From Octopus vulgaris (taxonomy: Eukaryota), in NCBI GenBank assembly GCA_951406725.2, contig OX597824.1, positions 18,786,001 to 18,850,000 of the forward strand: a stretch of DNA of 64,000 nucleotides, in the 5' to 3' direction. Position numbers and translations under genes: made by a program. The first letter of the stretch is position 1; every line of letters starts with the position of its first letter. Below the pieces are notes generated by a model. That model saw nothing but the letters and a program-made list of their open reading frames with translations, was not told the DNA's origin and did not search any database. This document shows, piece after piece, positions 1 through 13,495 of the stretch.

Positions 1-89
1 TTGGTCAGGGCTGATATGGAATTAAATAACAATAGCAACGTGAATGCAACGCGACGAACAAAACGTTTCAGAACGAACCAAATACCACA

Positions 90-399
<310 letters not shown>

Positions 400-885
400 A
401 AGAAATTAATGAAATACTGCAACAATATGTACAACATCAACAGCAGACATTACTATAATCGGATTCCGAAAATACTATTCAGGCGATGTGAAATTTCGTG
501 GAGAGAAAAACAACGCAGGCCACCACGGCGAACAACACGAAGCGTGAAAGAAATTCGATGGTTGATGACTAGTCGCTAAAACAGATAATTATAAGGTCGA
601 AAAGATAGGAGCAATCGCAGCACAAAAACCCTTCATCACATGCGAACGCACAACGGCGACGATGACAATAGCGTCCAGAAACTCACCTAAAAAAAACATA
701 CCTTGAATTAACCATGGAAATATGACACAGTAAAATAAAATAAAGTAAAATAAAATGAAATGAAATAAAGAGAAGCATCGGTATTATGCTTCTTTTTTAA
801 AGTTCCAGATCAACAACTATATTGCCATTCACTCTATGATAATATAACTACAAGAAAAAACAACGGTAGCAAAAATAAAAAAAAA

Positions 886-1745
<860 letters not shown>

Positions 1746-2207
1746 GCACAACGTACATAATACGCGGCAAGGGTACGTGCACACACCAATGAACAGTAAC
1801 AATCAAAAATAGCCAGTGTTCACCATGTTACAACAAACACGAACAGAGCTGGGTTTTACACTTACAATGCCCTATAACGGCCTCAAAACATCTTTGTGGA
1901 TTTTAAAGTAAGAAAAAAAAAAGAGAGAAAAAAAAAGAAAAAGTGGGTAAAAAAAAAAGAGAGAGACCTCCTCGCCATCAACAGCTTTTACAATCATCAC
2001 ATTGCAATGACCTAAGAATAGAAAGCTGCAACCCAAGAGACAGATATATATATATATACACACAAGTGCTGGCAGTTTGAAAAGGATGGGGGTGGAGTGG
2101 GGTGGAGTGGGGTGGGGTGGGGTGGGGCGGGGTACGGGGGAATTGTTATAACAATAAGTAATATAGATATTGTAATATATATATGCTGTGGATTGAGTAA
2201 AATCTAC

Positions 2208-2257
<50 letters not shown>

Positions 2258-2286
2258 ATATGTATATATATATATGTATGTATATG

Positions 2287-2341
<55 letters not shown>

Positions 2342-2416
2342 ATCTATCAATCATTCTATCTATCTATCTATCTGTCTGTCTGTCTATCATCTATATATGT
2401 ATAAAAATGTGTTTGT

Positions 2417-2453
<37 letters not shown>

Positions 2454-2574
2454 AATGACAAACAAATAAACGATTAACTTATGAAGTTCATACACACATA
2501 TACACACACATATATATATACATATATATATATATAGTTAATCCAAACAAGAAAGCACAAAAATCGCTATATAT

Positions 2575-2617
<43 letters not shown>

Positions 2618-3385
2618 GAGGTAGATACATACATACATACATATATACACATCCATACACATATATATGTACACAAAAAGATACATGAATGTATGTGTAT
2701 GTGATTGTGTGTGTGATTGTGTGTGTTTGTGTGTGTGATTGTGTGTGTTTGTGTGTTTGTGTATAATTGTATATATAGATAGATATATATACATGCATAT
2801 GTATGCATATAAGTATGTATACCGCAACATGCATAATATAACCCCAGAGAGTCATCTTGATAAAAAAGAAACAAAAGTAAGAAAACGCATGAGCCAAACG
2901 TGTATTATACCAATGGCAAACACAACAACAACAACACAAGAAATAAGAAACGAACAAAGAAAAAAAATGCACCGAATATAATCAGTAAACAAGCTAACAT
3001 TTGTATCCGCGTAATCCTACAAAGCACACAGGGCTAGTAACAATATACAACTATACCAAGTCAAATGTTACACAAACAACTTTATGAAGCATACTCTCAT
3101 CTCAACAGCAAGCAAATTCTATAATGAAATATTTGAACGAAATCACTCACTAGACAACAATATCGTGAATACACGAAGTCAAGTCTTGCGACCAGCATTA
3201 TACTCCCGGATAAAGATCTCAAACTCCTCTACTCCATTAGCAAAATAATGAAGGGATCGAAAGGTTGGAAACCTCTCGGCCCGATGAAAGATTTAACGTA
3301 AAGCAAAATGTTATTATCAGACTCAACAATTGGGGTGTTATTCTGTATCTGCATCAAATATTTCCGTTATTTTCTTTATATTAAA

Positions 3386-3560
3386 CGGTGAGCTGGCAGA
3401 AGCGTTGCTCAAAAGCATTTCAAATGCGGACAAGGTCGATTTTTCTTTCATTGATTTCTGATCGATAAAGTAAGTACTAATCAAACACTATGGGCTGGGG
3501 GGACATGTCATCGACTGTCCTCTTTCCTTAAAATTACTAGCCTTGTGCCAAAGCTGAAAT
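3386..3560 (+). mobile_element. Degenerate SINE family A copy
   Basis: GGTGAGCTGGCAGAAGCGTT head and GTCGAT..TTTCATT..TCGATAAAGTAAGTAC core, similar to intact copies such as 46536. Confidence 0.65.
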
Positions 3561-3729
3561 AACCATATCGTTATATAATACAAACAACGGGTGTTCCCAA
3601 ATCTGGAATTCTTTGTATGCGAGGCTAGAATACTGTTACCGAAAGACAGAAAAATTAGTGGCAGGTGCTCCAGCATGGCAGCTGTGAAAGAGTTATGCGA
3701 GAATATTAGTTCCGTAGATGGAAAGTGTT

Positions 3730-3832
3730 AATCCTTTCTACTAAAGACACAAGGCCTGAAATTTGGGGGAGGGGACTAGTCGACTACATCGACCCCAGTA
3801 CGTAACTGGTACTTAATTTATCGACCCCGAAA
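3730..3832 (-). mobile_element. SINE family A 3' fragment
   Basis: Reverse complement of GGGGTCGATAAATTAAGTACCAGTTACG..GGCCTTGTG tail. Confidence 0.8.
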
Positions 3833-3978
3833 TGGCTATAGCAATTAAAACCAAAAAGGTAAAATTAATAAATGAGGGTGCAAAATAACACCTGCAATTG
3901 CTTGAAATGAGAGTTAAAATTTAACTCGAATAGCCATTCAAAAATACTAACCCCTCGCTCTCTCAATATGTATATATA

Positions 3979-4109
3979 CAGGGTGTCCCCAAAAAATGTA
4001 TACACATAGTGGTTCGGCAAAAGAGAACGATAGAATAAGTACTAGGCTTACAAAGAATAACAAATTTACAAGTATTTAAGGTGTGTATACATTTTTTGGG
4101 GACACTCTG
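3979..4109. mobile_element. 131-bp Tc1/mariner-type MITE with SINE-derived interior
   Basis: 28-bp TIRs CAGGGTGTCCCCAAAAAATGTATACACA (3979-4006) and 4082-4109 (1 mismatch); TA on both flanks. Confidence 0.88.
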
Positions 4110-4164
<55 letters not shown>

Positions 4165-4261
4165 GTATACATACAGACAGACAGACATATTTTATTTCTC
4201 TGAGTTTCAGACTAAGAACTGCAGGCACGCTGGGCACCTCCGTTTACTCTGTTACACATTC

Positions 4262-4820
4262 ACTAAACCTCCTCTGATATGTGACATTTGGCTGATGAAG
4301 GGGTTTGACATTGCTGACCTCATCTGTGTTTCTTGCTTTGTAGTAGGTTCATCGGGAACTCTTGACAGAAGGAGATCTAGTTTTGTTTTGAAAAAGCCTA
4401 CATCCCCGCCATGCAGGTTTCCCAGGTTTTGTGGGTAGATATCGAAGAGCTGTGAGCCTTTGAAACCCATGTCGTTGTAGTATCTGCACAAGTATCCTGA
4501 TGGTGATTTTGGTTCATTTGGTACCATGCAGTAGCGCACCGTTTTTCTGTTTGTATCAGTGACAACGCCAAAGTTTGGAACAAGTTTTTCTAGGATTTTC
4601 TAGATGTATATTACAGTATATCTTTCCCGCCTTCGCTCCAGAGAGCAGAGTCTTAAACTCTTTCAGTCTCTCCCAGTAACTGATATGTTACATTGTATCG
4701 ATCTTCCTGGTGTAGCTTCGCTAGATCGCCTCAAGTTCCGTTGTTAATTTTACACTGTTTGGTAACCACAGTTAGGAGCAGTAATTCAGATGGCTGAGAG
4801 CAAAAGTCCGCCAAAGGACC
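4262..4820 (-). mobile_element. CR1-like LINE ORF2 C-terminal remnant (frameshifted)
   Basis: Minus-strand frames give YWERLKE / SLERRRERY / IWK-like..LVPN and FKTKLDLLLSRVPDEP, typical of the CR1 ORF2 end. Confidence 0.8.
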
Positions 4821-4929
4821 ATCATTGTTTTCTTTTCTTATTTCTTTATTGCCCACAAGGGGCTAAACATAGAGGGGACAAACAAGGACAGACAAATGGG
4901 CTATCCTTTACTGGAAAGCAATACTCTCG

Positions 4930-5308
4930 CATTGCATTACTATTTTCATTGAAACTTCTTCACTGTTCTCGTTCTGTTAGCGTTTTGGCGTTCAGACGAG
5001 TGTACTGGCATAGATATGGCAACATTTGAAATATTGTCGAGGTATATGTAGCTGATGAAGATAAATCAAATATACGTTGGCAGACGTATTTTGAAGAATC
5101 TGAAACCAGTACTGCATTATCCGTTTCTAGGTATTTCATTTTTCAGATGTTCTTTCTAGATGTAAGACAATTTTCTTCATGTTTGTTGCACACACGCATC
5201 TTTACTAGTACATACGCAGTGAAGCTATACATTAGCGTCGTATTTATTACGTTCGCTATTTTCCAGTAAATATCGGTGCTTCGTTGTGCCATTTATTTAC
5301 TTTTATGT

Positions 5309-5310
<2 letters not shown>
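4930..5310 (+). mobile_element. Probable Penelope-like element terminal repeat remnant
   Basis: Contains a hammerhead motif, has a T-rich tail and ends in (TA)n; 5' boundary approximate. Confidence 0.5.
5046..5117 (+). ncRNA. Type I hammerhead ribozyme motif (long stem II, minimal stem III)
   Basis: Stem I ATGTAG/CTGCAT; core CTGATGA 5052-5058; stem II AGAT..TCAAA.ATACGT/ACGTAT.TTTGA..ATCT; GAAA 5102-5105; C-CA-G; GUA cleavage triplet. Confidence 0.72.
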
Positions 5311-5331
<21 letters not shown>

Positions 5332-5341
<10 letters not shown>

Positions 5342-5774
5342 TATAGAAGGAGTTCTACAGGACTAGTACTGTTTCATTCAAGAGAAATCTTCAGGAAGCT
5401 ATTTAACAAGAATTGTATTAGCATTTATACATTTAGGCAGGTTTAAAGGAGTGGTGGTGGGGGACTTTTTGGGGTTAGGCATAGCGCAAAATATCATACT
5501 TGGGGGAGTGGTCAAGGAGTCAGTGGTAATTTAGATGAAAGAATAGATAAATAAAAAAATAAAAAAATAAAAAATAAAAAAATAAAATAAAAAAATAAGA
5601 AAATAAAAAATATAAAAAATATATATAAAAATATATATATAAAATATATATATAAAAAAATATATATATAAAAAAAGGGGGGATAGAGTTATAGGTAAAT
5701 AAGGAGATTCTCACTTATACCTATACACACATGTATACGTACCTACACACACATACATACATACACATATATAT

Positions 5775-5825
<51 letters not shown>

Positions 5826-6519
5826 CACATACATATGTACACACATACATACATATCTACATACACACATACATACACCCGCCCACATATACAAATTTAT
5901 ACACATGCACATGCCTATACCTGTCTACACATACACACACGTATATATGCATACACTCACTCCCATGCATGCACGCATACACACATGTATATATATATAT
6001 ATATATATACCCACGACCACACATACATATATACACATAAAAATATATATTCATACGCACATACACTCATGCACACACAACACACCTAGTTCCCTATATA
6101 CACATATTTACACCTATATATACATACACCCACATACACCTATGTACACATATATATATATAAACATATACACGCATACATATATATACATGTGTACATA
6201 GGTGTATGTGGGTGTATGTATATATAGGTGTAAATATGTGTATATAGGGAACTAGGTGTGTTGTGTGTGCATGAGTGTATGTGCGTATGAATATATATTT
6301 TTATGTGTATATATGTATGTGTGGTCGTGGGTATATATATATATATATATATATATACATGTGTGTATGCGTGCATGCATGGGAGTGAGTGTATGCATAT
6401 ATACGTGTGTGTATGTGTAGACAGGTATAGGCATGTGCATGTGTATAAATTTGTATATGTGGGCGGGTGTATGTATGTGTGTATGTAGATATGTATGTAT
6501 GTGTGTACATATGTATGTG

Positions 6520-6564
<45 letters not shown>

Positions 6565-7075
6565 ATATATATGTGTATGTATGTATGTGTGTGTAGGTAC
6601 GTATACATGTGTGTATAGGTATAAGTGAGAATCTCCTTATTTACCTATAACTCTATCCCCCTTTTTTTATATATATATTTTTTTATATATATATTTTATA
6701 TATATATTTTTTTATATATATTTTTTATATTTTTTATTTTCTTATTTTTTATTTTATTTTTTTATTTTATTTTTTTTTATTTTTTTATTTATCTATTCTT
6801 TCATCTAAATTACCACTGACTCCTTGACCACTCCCCCAAGTATGATTTTTTGCGCTATGCCTAACCCCAAAAAGTCCCCCACCACCACTCCTTTAAACCT
6901 GCCTAAATGTATAAATGCTAATACAATTCTTGTTAAATAGCTTCCTGAAGATTTCTCTTGAATGAAACAGTACTAGTCCTGTAGAAGCTCCTTCTATATA
7001 ATAAATTAATTTTACTCTGCTATGTATTGAGTACCTTACTTACTGTGGTTAACCCCGAATCAACCCGGGACCTAC
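5332..7075. mobile_element. Long inverted repeat, probably a head-to-head Penelope-like end duplication
   Basis: Arms ~5332-6151 and ~6190-7008 are near-perfect reverse complements with a ~38-bp spacer; right arm has an extra ~65-bp tail; (TA)n on both flanks. Confidence 0.85.
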
Positions 7076-7096
7076 ATATATATATATATATATATA

Positions 7097-7298
7097 TGAA
7101 GTGAATCCAAACAAGAAAGTACAAAAACACAACAACACGAAGACGTGGAACAAATATAGTATTATTGGACGCTCAGGAAAGAAGGAAAGAAGGAGGGTTT
7201 AACGTTTCGAGCGGAGCTCTTCGTCGGAAACATAGGAGAAGGAAAGGTCCAGAGAAGGGAAGACAGAGGAAAAAAATCGCCAACGGTACACACGCGGT

Positions 7299-7302
<4 letters not shown>
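7097..7302 (-). mobile_element. ~200-bp hammerhead-bearing repeat (family H1) in (TA)n
   Basis: Homologous to 33408-33628 with similar boundaries; hammerhead-like motif at 7197-7231. Confidence 0.8.
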
Positions 7303-7361
<59 letters not shown>

Positions 7362-7366
<5 letters not shown>

Positions 7367-8553
7367 GACAGTTGCCATAGTAACGATGCAAAAGCACGCA
7401 GAGTAAAGGTACTTCACACAGATTGACCATGAACGCTGTTGTTCATGCGCACAAAGTAATAATGTTCTAGCTAACTTCCGCTGTTTACAGCAGTGCTTGA
7501 AAGGAAGATGCGTAGCGTGTGATCGTCACATTGATCATGAGAAAGTAAGTTGTCGTGGTGATACCTGCTCAGAGGCCTACGCAAAGTTTCAGAAAGTGTA
7601 TGGAGAGGCGTGTATGAGCCACACACAAGTGTACGAGTCGTTCAGACGTTTCCAAGATAGTCGAAAAAAATGTCGATATTGACGAACATTCTCGGAGACC
7701 AGGAACCAGTGGAACTGAGAAAAACATCGCTGTAGTGCATGCGGCTGTGAGGGAAAATCATCGAACCCCCGTCCGTGAGTTATAAGAGGATGCGCAGATT
7801 AGTTAGGGTTCAGTTCAGTCCGTTATCATTGAAGATTTGGGTCGACTCTGCCTTTCATCCTTTCGGGGTCGATAAATTAAGTACCAGTTATGCACTGGGG
7901 TCGATCTAATCGACTTAATCCCTTTGTATGTCCTTGTTTGTCCCCTCTGTGTTTAGCCTCTTGTGGGCAATAAGGAAATAAGAATCGTTCGCACGCCGTG
8001 CGAAATGCTTAGCAGTATTTCGTCTATTTTTACGTTCTGAATTTAAATTCCGTTGAGGTCGACTTTGCCTTTCGGGGTCGATAAATTAAGTACCAGTTTC
8101 ATACTGGGGTCGATGTAATCTACTAGTCCTTTCCTCCAAATTTCAGGCCTTGTGCTTTTAGTAGAAAGAATTAGCACTTCCCATCTACGTGTCTGCCAAG
8201 TTTGTGCCAAAACTGCTTTCAGCTGTCCAAAAAGACATTCAGGTTTCCGTTGCACAAGATCTCCTTGATTGTGTCGAGAACGATGAAAACTCTTTGAAAA
8301 CTTTGCGTAGGTCTCTGAGCAGTTATCGCCACACTCTTTGCTCAACTTTCTCTGTCATTGTCAATGTGACGATCACATACTACACACCTTCCTTCCAAGC
8401 ACTGCTGTAAACAGCGGAAGCGAGCTAGAACGTTAAAACATTCGTTAAAACGAATGCACAGCAGTGTTCAAGGTCAATCCGTGCCAAGCGGCTTCACTCT
8501 GTGTGCTATAACTTCGTTATGATGGCAACAATCCGGATACTTATTGATCAGAC

Positions 8554-8559
<6 letters not shown>
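7362..8559 (+). mobile_element. Mariner-derived foldback element, transposase pseudogene interrupted by SINEs
   Basis: N-terminal HTH-like GDTCSEAYAKFQKVYGEACMSHTQVYE..FQD and linker RVSAKFVPKLLS (WVPHEL-like); ~200-bp diverged inverted ends; right TIR CCGGATACTTATTGATCAGACC. Confidence 0.85.
7840..8172 (+). mobile_element. Two SINE family A segments inserted in the mariner
   Basis: GTCGACT(C/T)TGCCTTTC..GGGGTCGATAAATTAAGTACCAG core present twice. Confidence 0.88.
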
Positions 8560-8586
<27 letters not shown>

Positions 8587-8849
8587 TTACACACGCACAC
8601 ATATACTTATAAATATATGTCTGCTTTTGCATCTATATGCTCACACACGAACACACACACACATAGTTGTAGGTATGTATAATACACATGTGTGTAAGGA
8701 TGTGCATACAATTTGTCTTAATAGTTATTAGTGTGTGAGCATCATGTGTGTCCCAGGAGAGTTTTAATTATCAAATTCTTTTCAAAAAGGACCTCTTACG
8801 CTTATACAACTTGGCCTTGGAACTGAAGACAATGACTAACTTTCAGGAA

Positions 8850-8879
8850 TTAATATTAATAATAATAATAATAATGATG

Positions 8880-8946
<67 letters not shown>

Positions 8947-8993
8947 TAATAATAATAATAGTAATAATAATAATGATAATAATAACAATAACA

Positions 8994-9064
<71 letters not shown>

Positions 9065-9122
9065 CACCATTATTATTATTACTACTGTTGTTGCTGTTGT
9101 TGTTTTGTTGTTGTTGTTGTTG

Positions 9123-9154
<32 letters not shown>

Positions 9155-9203
9155 TGATTTATTATTATTATTATCATTATTTTTATTATTATTATTATTA
9201 TTA

Positions 9204-9246
<43 letters not shown>

Positions 9247-9378
9247 CATTATTATTATTATTATTATCATTATTATTATCATTATCATTATTATTATTAT
9301 TATCATTATTATCATTATTATCATTATTATTATTATTATTATTATTATTTATTTATTATTATCATTATTATTATTATT
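8850..9378. repeat. (AAT)n switching to (TTA)n: inverted trinucleotide microsatellite
   Basis: Strand switch at ~8993. Confidence 0.92.
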
Positions 9379-9445
9379 GAGTGAGAGAGCAGTGCATGCC
9401 ATCAAAGTGACACTGGGGTAAAATATACAAAGCCCAGTATACCCA
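9379..9445 (-). mobile_element. Terminal ~65 bp of the 560-bp (AAT)n-associated element
   Basis: GAGTGAGAGAGCAGTGCATGCCATCAAAGTGACACTGGGG, as at 20746, 21397 and 52606. Confidence 0.88.
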
Positions 9446-10006
9446 CAGTCGACGGTCAGTGAGCTATAAAAAATTGTTTTTTAAATTATTATCATTATTG
9501 TTATTATTATTATTATTATTATTATCATTATTATTATCATTATTATTATTATCATTATTGTTTTTTTTTGTCGTTGAATTAGGGTTACAAGAAAAATGTG
9601 TCTGTCTGTCTGTCTGTCTAAAGACCTCGCACTACACTTACCATTGACAAAGCAGATTTTTTCCTGACGGATGTGATGTAATTTGAAACCGCGCCCAGTC
9701 TAGTCATATTACGGCCCACGCAGATCTCTTAAGTTTTTACGTAGCGTAAAAATTTCTTAAGTTTTTACGCTTCTTGAATAACTCGTGTGAAGGTTTCTTT
9801 TATGAGTCTGCTGATTTTCTTACAGTTTTTTTTTTTTAATATTCTTTATTGCTCACTGACCGTCGACTGTGAGCTATTTGTTGGTGTACAACAACAGACC
9901 AGCTTATATTAAAGCACGCTGAGGGCTACCCTTACACTCGGCAAACACACACTTACTTATAACTGCGTATATTTCTATGCGCATGTGTGTGCGTATATGT
10001 GTGTTA

Positions 10007-10078
<72 letters not shown>

Positions 10079-10273
10079 GTGCTAGAGATACATACATTCA
10101 CATACACACACACACGTAACCACGCTCAACTTTACATATACAAACCAACGCTGTGATACTCTGCATTCACACTCACAAGTGGACTCAACATCCATAGATT
10201 CATACTAACACACATACATATACATACATGAAATCATATATATATATATATAAATATATATGAGTGCGTGTGA

Positions 10274-10308
<35 letters not shown>

Positions 10309-10324
10309 CGCACACGCTCACATA

Positions 10325-10559
10325 GTCTTGTGCGTTTCAGTCCAAGTGGCCATGCTGGAGTACCACCTTTAGTCGAACAAATGCCCCCACCCCACCCAGC
10401 ACTTAATCTTTGTAAGCCTAGTACTTATTCTGTCGGTCTCTTATATCAAGCCGCTAACTTACGGGGACGTAAACACACCAACAGCGGTTGCCAAGCGATG
10501 GTGGGAGGGACAAACACGGACACGCGAACATATACATACATACACACACATATATATAC

Positions 10560-10615
<56 letters not shown>

Positions 10616-10642
10616 ATATATATATATGCATGTGTGTATATA

Positions 10643-10681
<39 letters not shown>

Positions 10682-10880
10682 GTATGTGTGTGTATACATA
10701 TATATGTGTATGTACGATAGTCTTCTTTCAGTTTCCGTCTATGAAATCCACTCAGGAGGCTTTGGTCGGTTCAAGGCTATAGCAGAAAACATTTGCTCAA
10801 GGTGCCACGCAGTGGGAAGTGAACCCGGAAACATGTGGCTGGGAAGCAAGGCTCTTACCACACAGCCACGCCTGCGCCTA
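10325..10880 (-). mobile_element. SINE family B (tRNA head, internal TA/TG microsatellite)
   Basis: Reverse complement of GGCGCAGGCGTGGCTGTGTGGTAAG head and CTAAAGG.GGT.CTCCAGCATGGCC tail. Confidence 0.88.
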
Positions 10881-10912
10881 TATACATAAACAAAATAAAA
10901 CAAATCACCCGC

Positions 10913-10957
<45 letters not shown>

Positions 10958-10962
10958 CTTGT

Positions 10963-11176
10963 GGAGGCGCAATGGCCTAGTGGTTAGGGCAGCGGACTTG
11001 CGGTCGGAGGATCGCGGTTTCGATTCCCAGACCGGGAAGTTGTGTGTGTTTATTGAGCGAAAACACCTAAAAGCTCCACGAGGCTCCGGCAGGAGGTGGT
11101 GATCCCTGCTGTACTCTTTCACCACTCTAAAGGCGGTGCTCCAGCATGGCCGCAGTCAAATGACTGAAACAAGTAC
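10963..11176 (+). mobile_element. SINE family C head joined to a family B tail
   Basis: A box TGGCCTAGTGGTT, B box GTTTCGATTCC; switches at ~11127 to CTAAAGGCGGTGCTCCAGCATGGCCGCAGTCAAATGACTGAAACAAGTA. Confidence 0.85.
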
Positions 11177-11415
11177 AAAAAAAAAAATATATATGTATAT
11201 ATATATCCACACTAGCTCAGATATATTTACACAACAGCATATTCTTCGTCTTTTATTCACGCTTAGAAATGCACTCTAACATGCACGAACGCATACATAC
11301 AAACCTACTTGCTCACACACACACACACATATACACACTTCCATACATATACACACACACACAGCCACAGATCTTACATTACTGACACATGCTTACACGC
11401 GTCGATGCAAGGAAT

Positions 11416-11446
<31 letters not shown>

Positions 11447-11871
11447 GACGTTGTTATAAATAAAAACACCTGCGCCTAATTTAGTGTGTGCGTGTTAGTC
11501 AATGTGAAGTGTGTGTGTATAGACGTGTGTCTGTGTATGGGTTTGTGTGTGCATTTGTGTGTGTGTGTGTAAAATTTCAAATGGCTACCAAAGAGAAAAA
11601 CTATAAAAATGAAAGACAGTTTCTTTCTCACAAAGTGCGTGACTGTACTTCTTTCTTTCTCCCCCGTCTCTCTCTCTCTCTTTCTGTCTTTCTCTCCCTC
11701 TCTGTCTCTCCTCTCTCTCTCTCTGTGAGTGGTGATTGATTAAATGAACGTGTGTTTGTATGTGTAAATCCGAGGGGAGAGAGAGACTGACAGAAAGAGA
11801 GAGAGAGAGAGGAACAGAGAGAGGGTGCTACATTGAATATGCACGTGTCGTGTGTATACGTATGTGGTACA

Positions 11872-11902
<31 letters not shown>

Positions 11903-11926
11903 GTGTGGGGTGTATGATCTTTTTTT

Positions 11927-12424
11927 CTACTCTTGGCACAAGCCCCAAAATTTTGGGGCAGGAAACCAGTGAATTAGATCGACCCCAGTACGCAACAGGT
12001 ACTAAATTTATCGACGCCGAAAGGATGAAAAGCAAAGTCGACCTCGGCGGAATTTGAACTCTGAACGTAGCGGCAGACGAAATACCGCAAAGCATCTCGC
12101 CCGGCGTGCTAACGATTCTTATTTCCTTATTGCCCACAACGGGCTAAACATAGAGGGGACAAACAAGGACAGACAAACGGATTAAGTCGATTACATCGAC
12201 CTCAGTGCCTAACTGGAACTTATTTAATCGACCCCGAAAGGATGAAAGGCAAAGTCGACCTCGGCAGAATTTGAACTCAGAACGTAACGGCAAACGAAAT
12301 ACCTATTTCTTTACGACCCACAAGGGGCTAAACACAGAGAGGACAAACAAGGACAGACAAAGGGATTAAGTCGATTATATCGACGCCAGTGCGTACCTGG
12401 TACTTAATTTATCGACCCCGAAAG
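11927..12424 (-). mobile_element. SINE family A cluster/multimer (3 segments)
   Basis: Repeated CGAAAGGATGAAA..CAAAGTCGACCTCGGC.GAATTTGAACTC. Confidence 0.92.
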
Positions 12425-12957
12425 GAGGAGGAGGAGGAGGAGGAAGAGGAGGAAGAGGAGGAAGAAGATGGGAGCGTTACAATACGATATATAATGTATA
12501 TAAATATAAACAACGGTTAGTATTTAAACAGAAATAAAGCTCTAAGAGAAATAATGAAATTAATTAGTTATCAATTAGTCAGTATTTCGTAATGATGTCT
12601 TCCATTTCGTAAGCTTTCGTGACATGAGAATATCTCAATAGTCTTTCATTAAGAAATTCTTCCAAAGGCAACACCATTTTCTAGATACGAAATCTACAAT
12701 CTACTATAATAACACTCTTGTGTATTTCTCCTTCACAGCATATGAATGAGAAGGGAAGTGGGGTAACAGATGAATAAGGAAGGAAGGGGTGATGGCAAAC
12801 TGGAAGTGGGATGGTAAACATCCAACGCTGAAAAGAAAAATCGAACAGCGTTTCAACTCTGTGTGAGTATATGTGTCTATGTGTGTGTATGTACAAGGTA
12901 AGTATGTGACTGTTTGTATCCGTGATTATTATGTACCTTATTTATATATGTTATTGT

Positions 12958-13254
12958 TGTTTGTTCCTTCTGGAGCCATGCCAGGCTCATAAGGGCCGGT
13001 TTCCCGGATTCCTTGGCGTATAGGTTCCCCACCTGGACGGGACGCCGGTCCGTCGCAGGTGAGCTGCAAGAGGAAAGAGTGAGAGAAAGTTGTGGCGAAA
13101 GAGTCAGCAGAATTTTGCCATTACCTTCTGCCGGAGCCGCGTGGAGCTTAGGTGTCTTTGCTCATAAACACATATATCACCCGGTCTGAGATTCGAACCC
13201 GCGACCCCTCGACCGCGAGTCCGCTGCTCTAACCACTAGGACATGCGCCGCCAC
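12958..13254 (-). mobile_element. tRNA-derived SINE with V-domain-like segment (family D)
   Basis: Minus strand has A box CCTAGTGGTTAG, B box GGTTCGAATC and CCTGCGACGGACCGGCGTCCCGTCCAGG (V-SINE-like). Confidence 0.85.
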
Positions 13255-13495
13255 TAAAAAAAGCAGCGCCAGATATAGATTGAAGTTACTTTATTTCAAT
13301 ATGTATTTAAGTCTGCAGAAACCATGCATGGTCTAGGATAATAAGGTAAAAGTTTTTATTTTTCAATCACTTTCGGAATTACGACAATTAGTGGCTTGGA
13401 GTTTAACTGCTCTTTCTAGTGAGTCAGATACCCTTTTTTTTTTGGATATCTCTTATGTGTTTGAATGTACACCGTATTCTTCTCTGAAGTATATA

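Noticed and set aside
2088-2140. G-quadruplex-capable (GGGGT)n tract as a functional element
   Set aside because: Simple pentanucleotide repeat with no contextual evidence of function
3010-3160. CR1-like C-terminal remnant (QVKCYTNNFMKHTLI..FYN)
   Set aside because: Too degenerate to support without alignment
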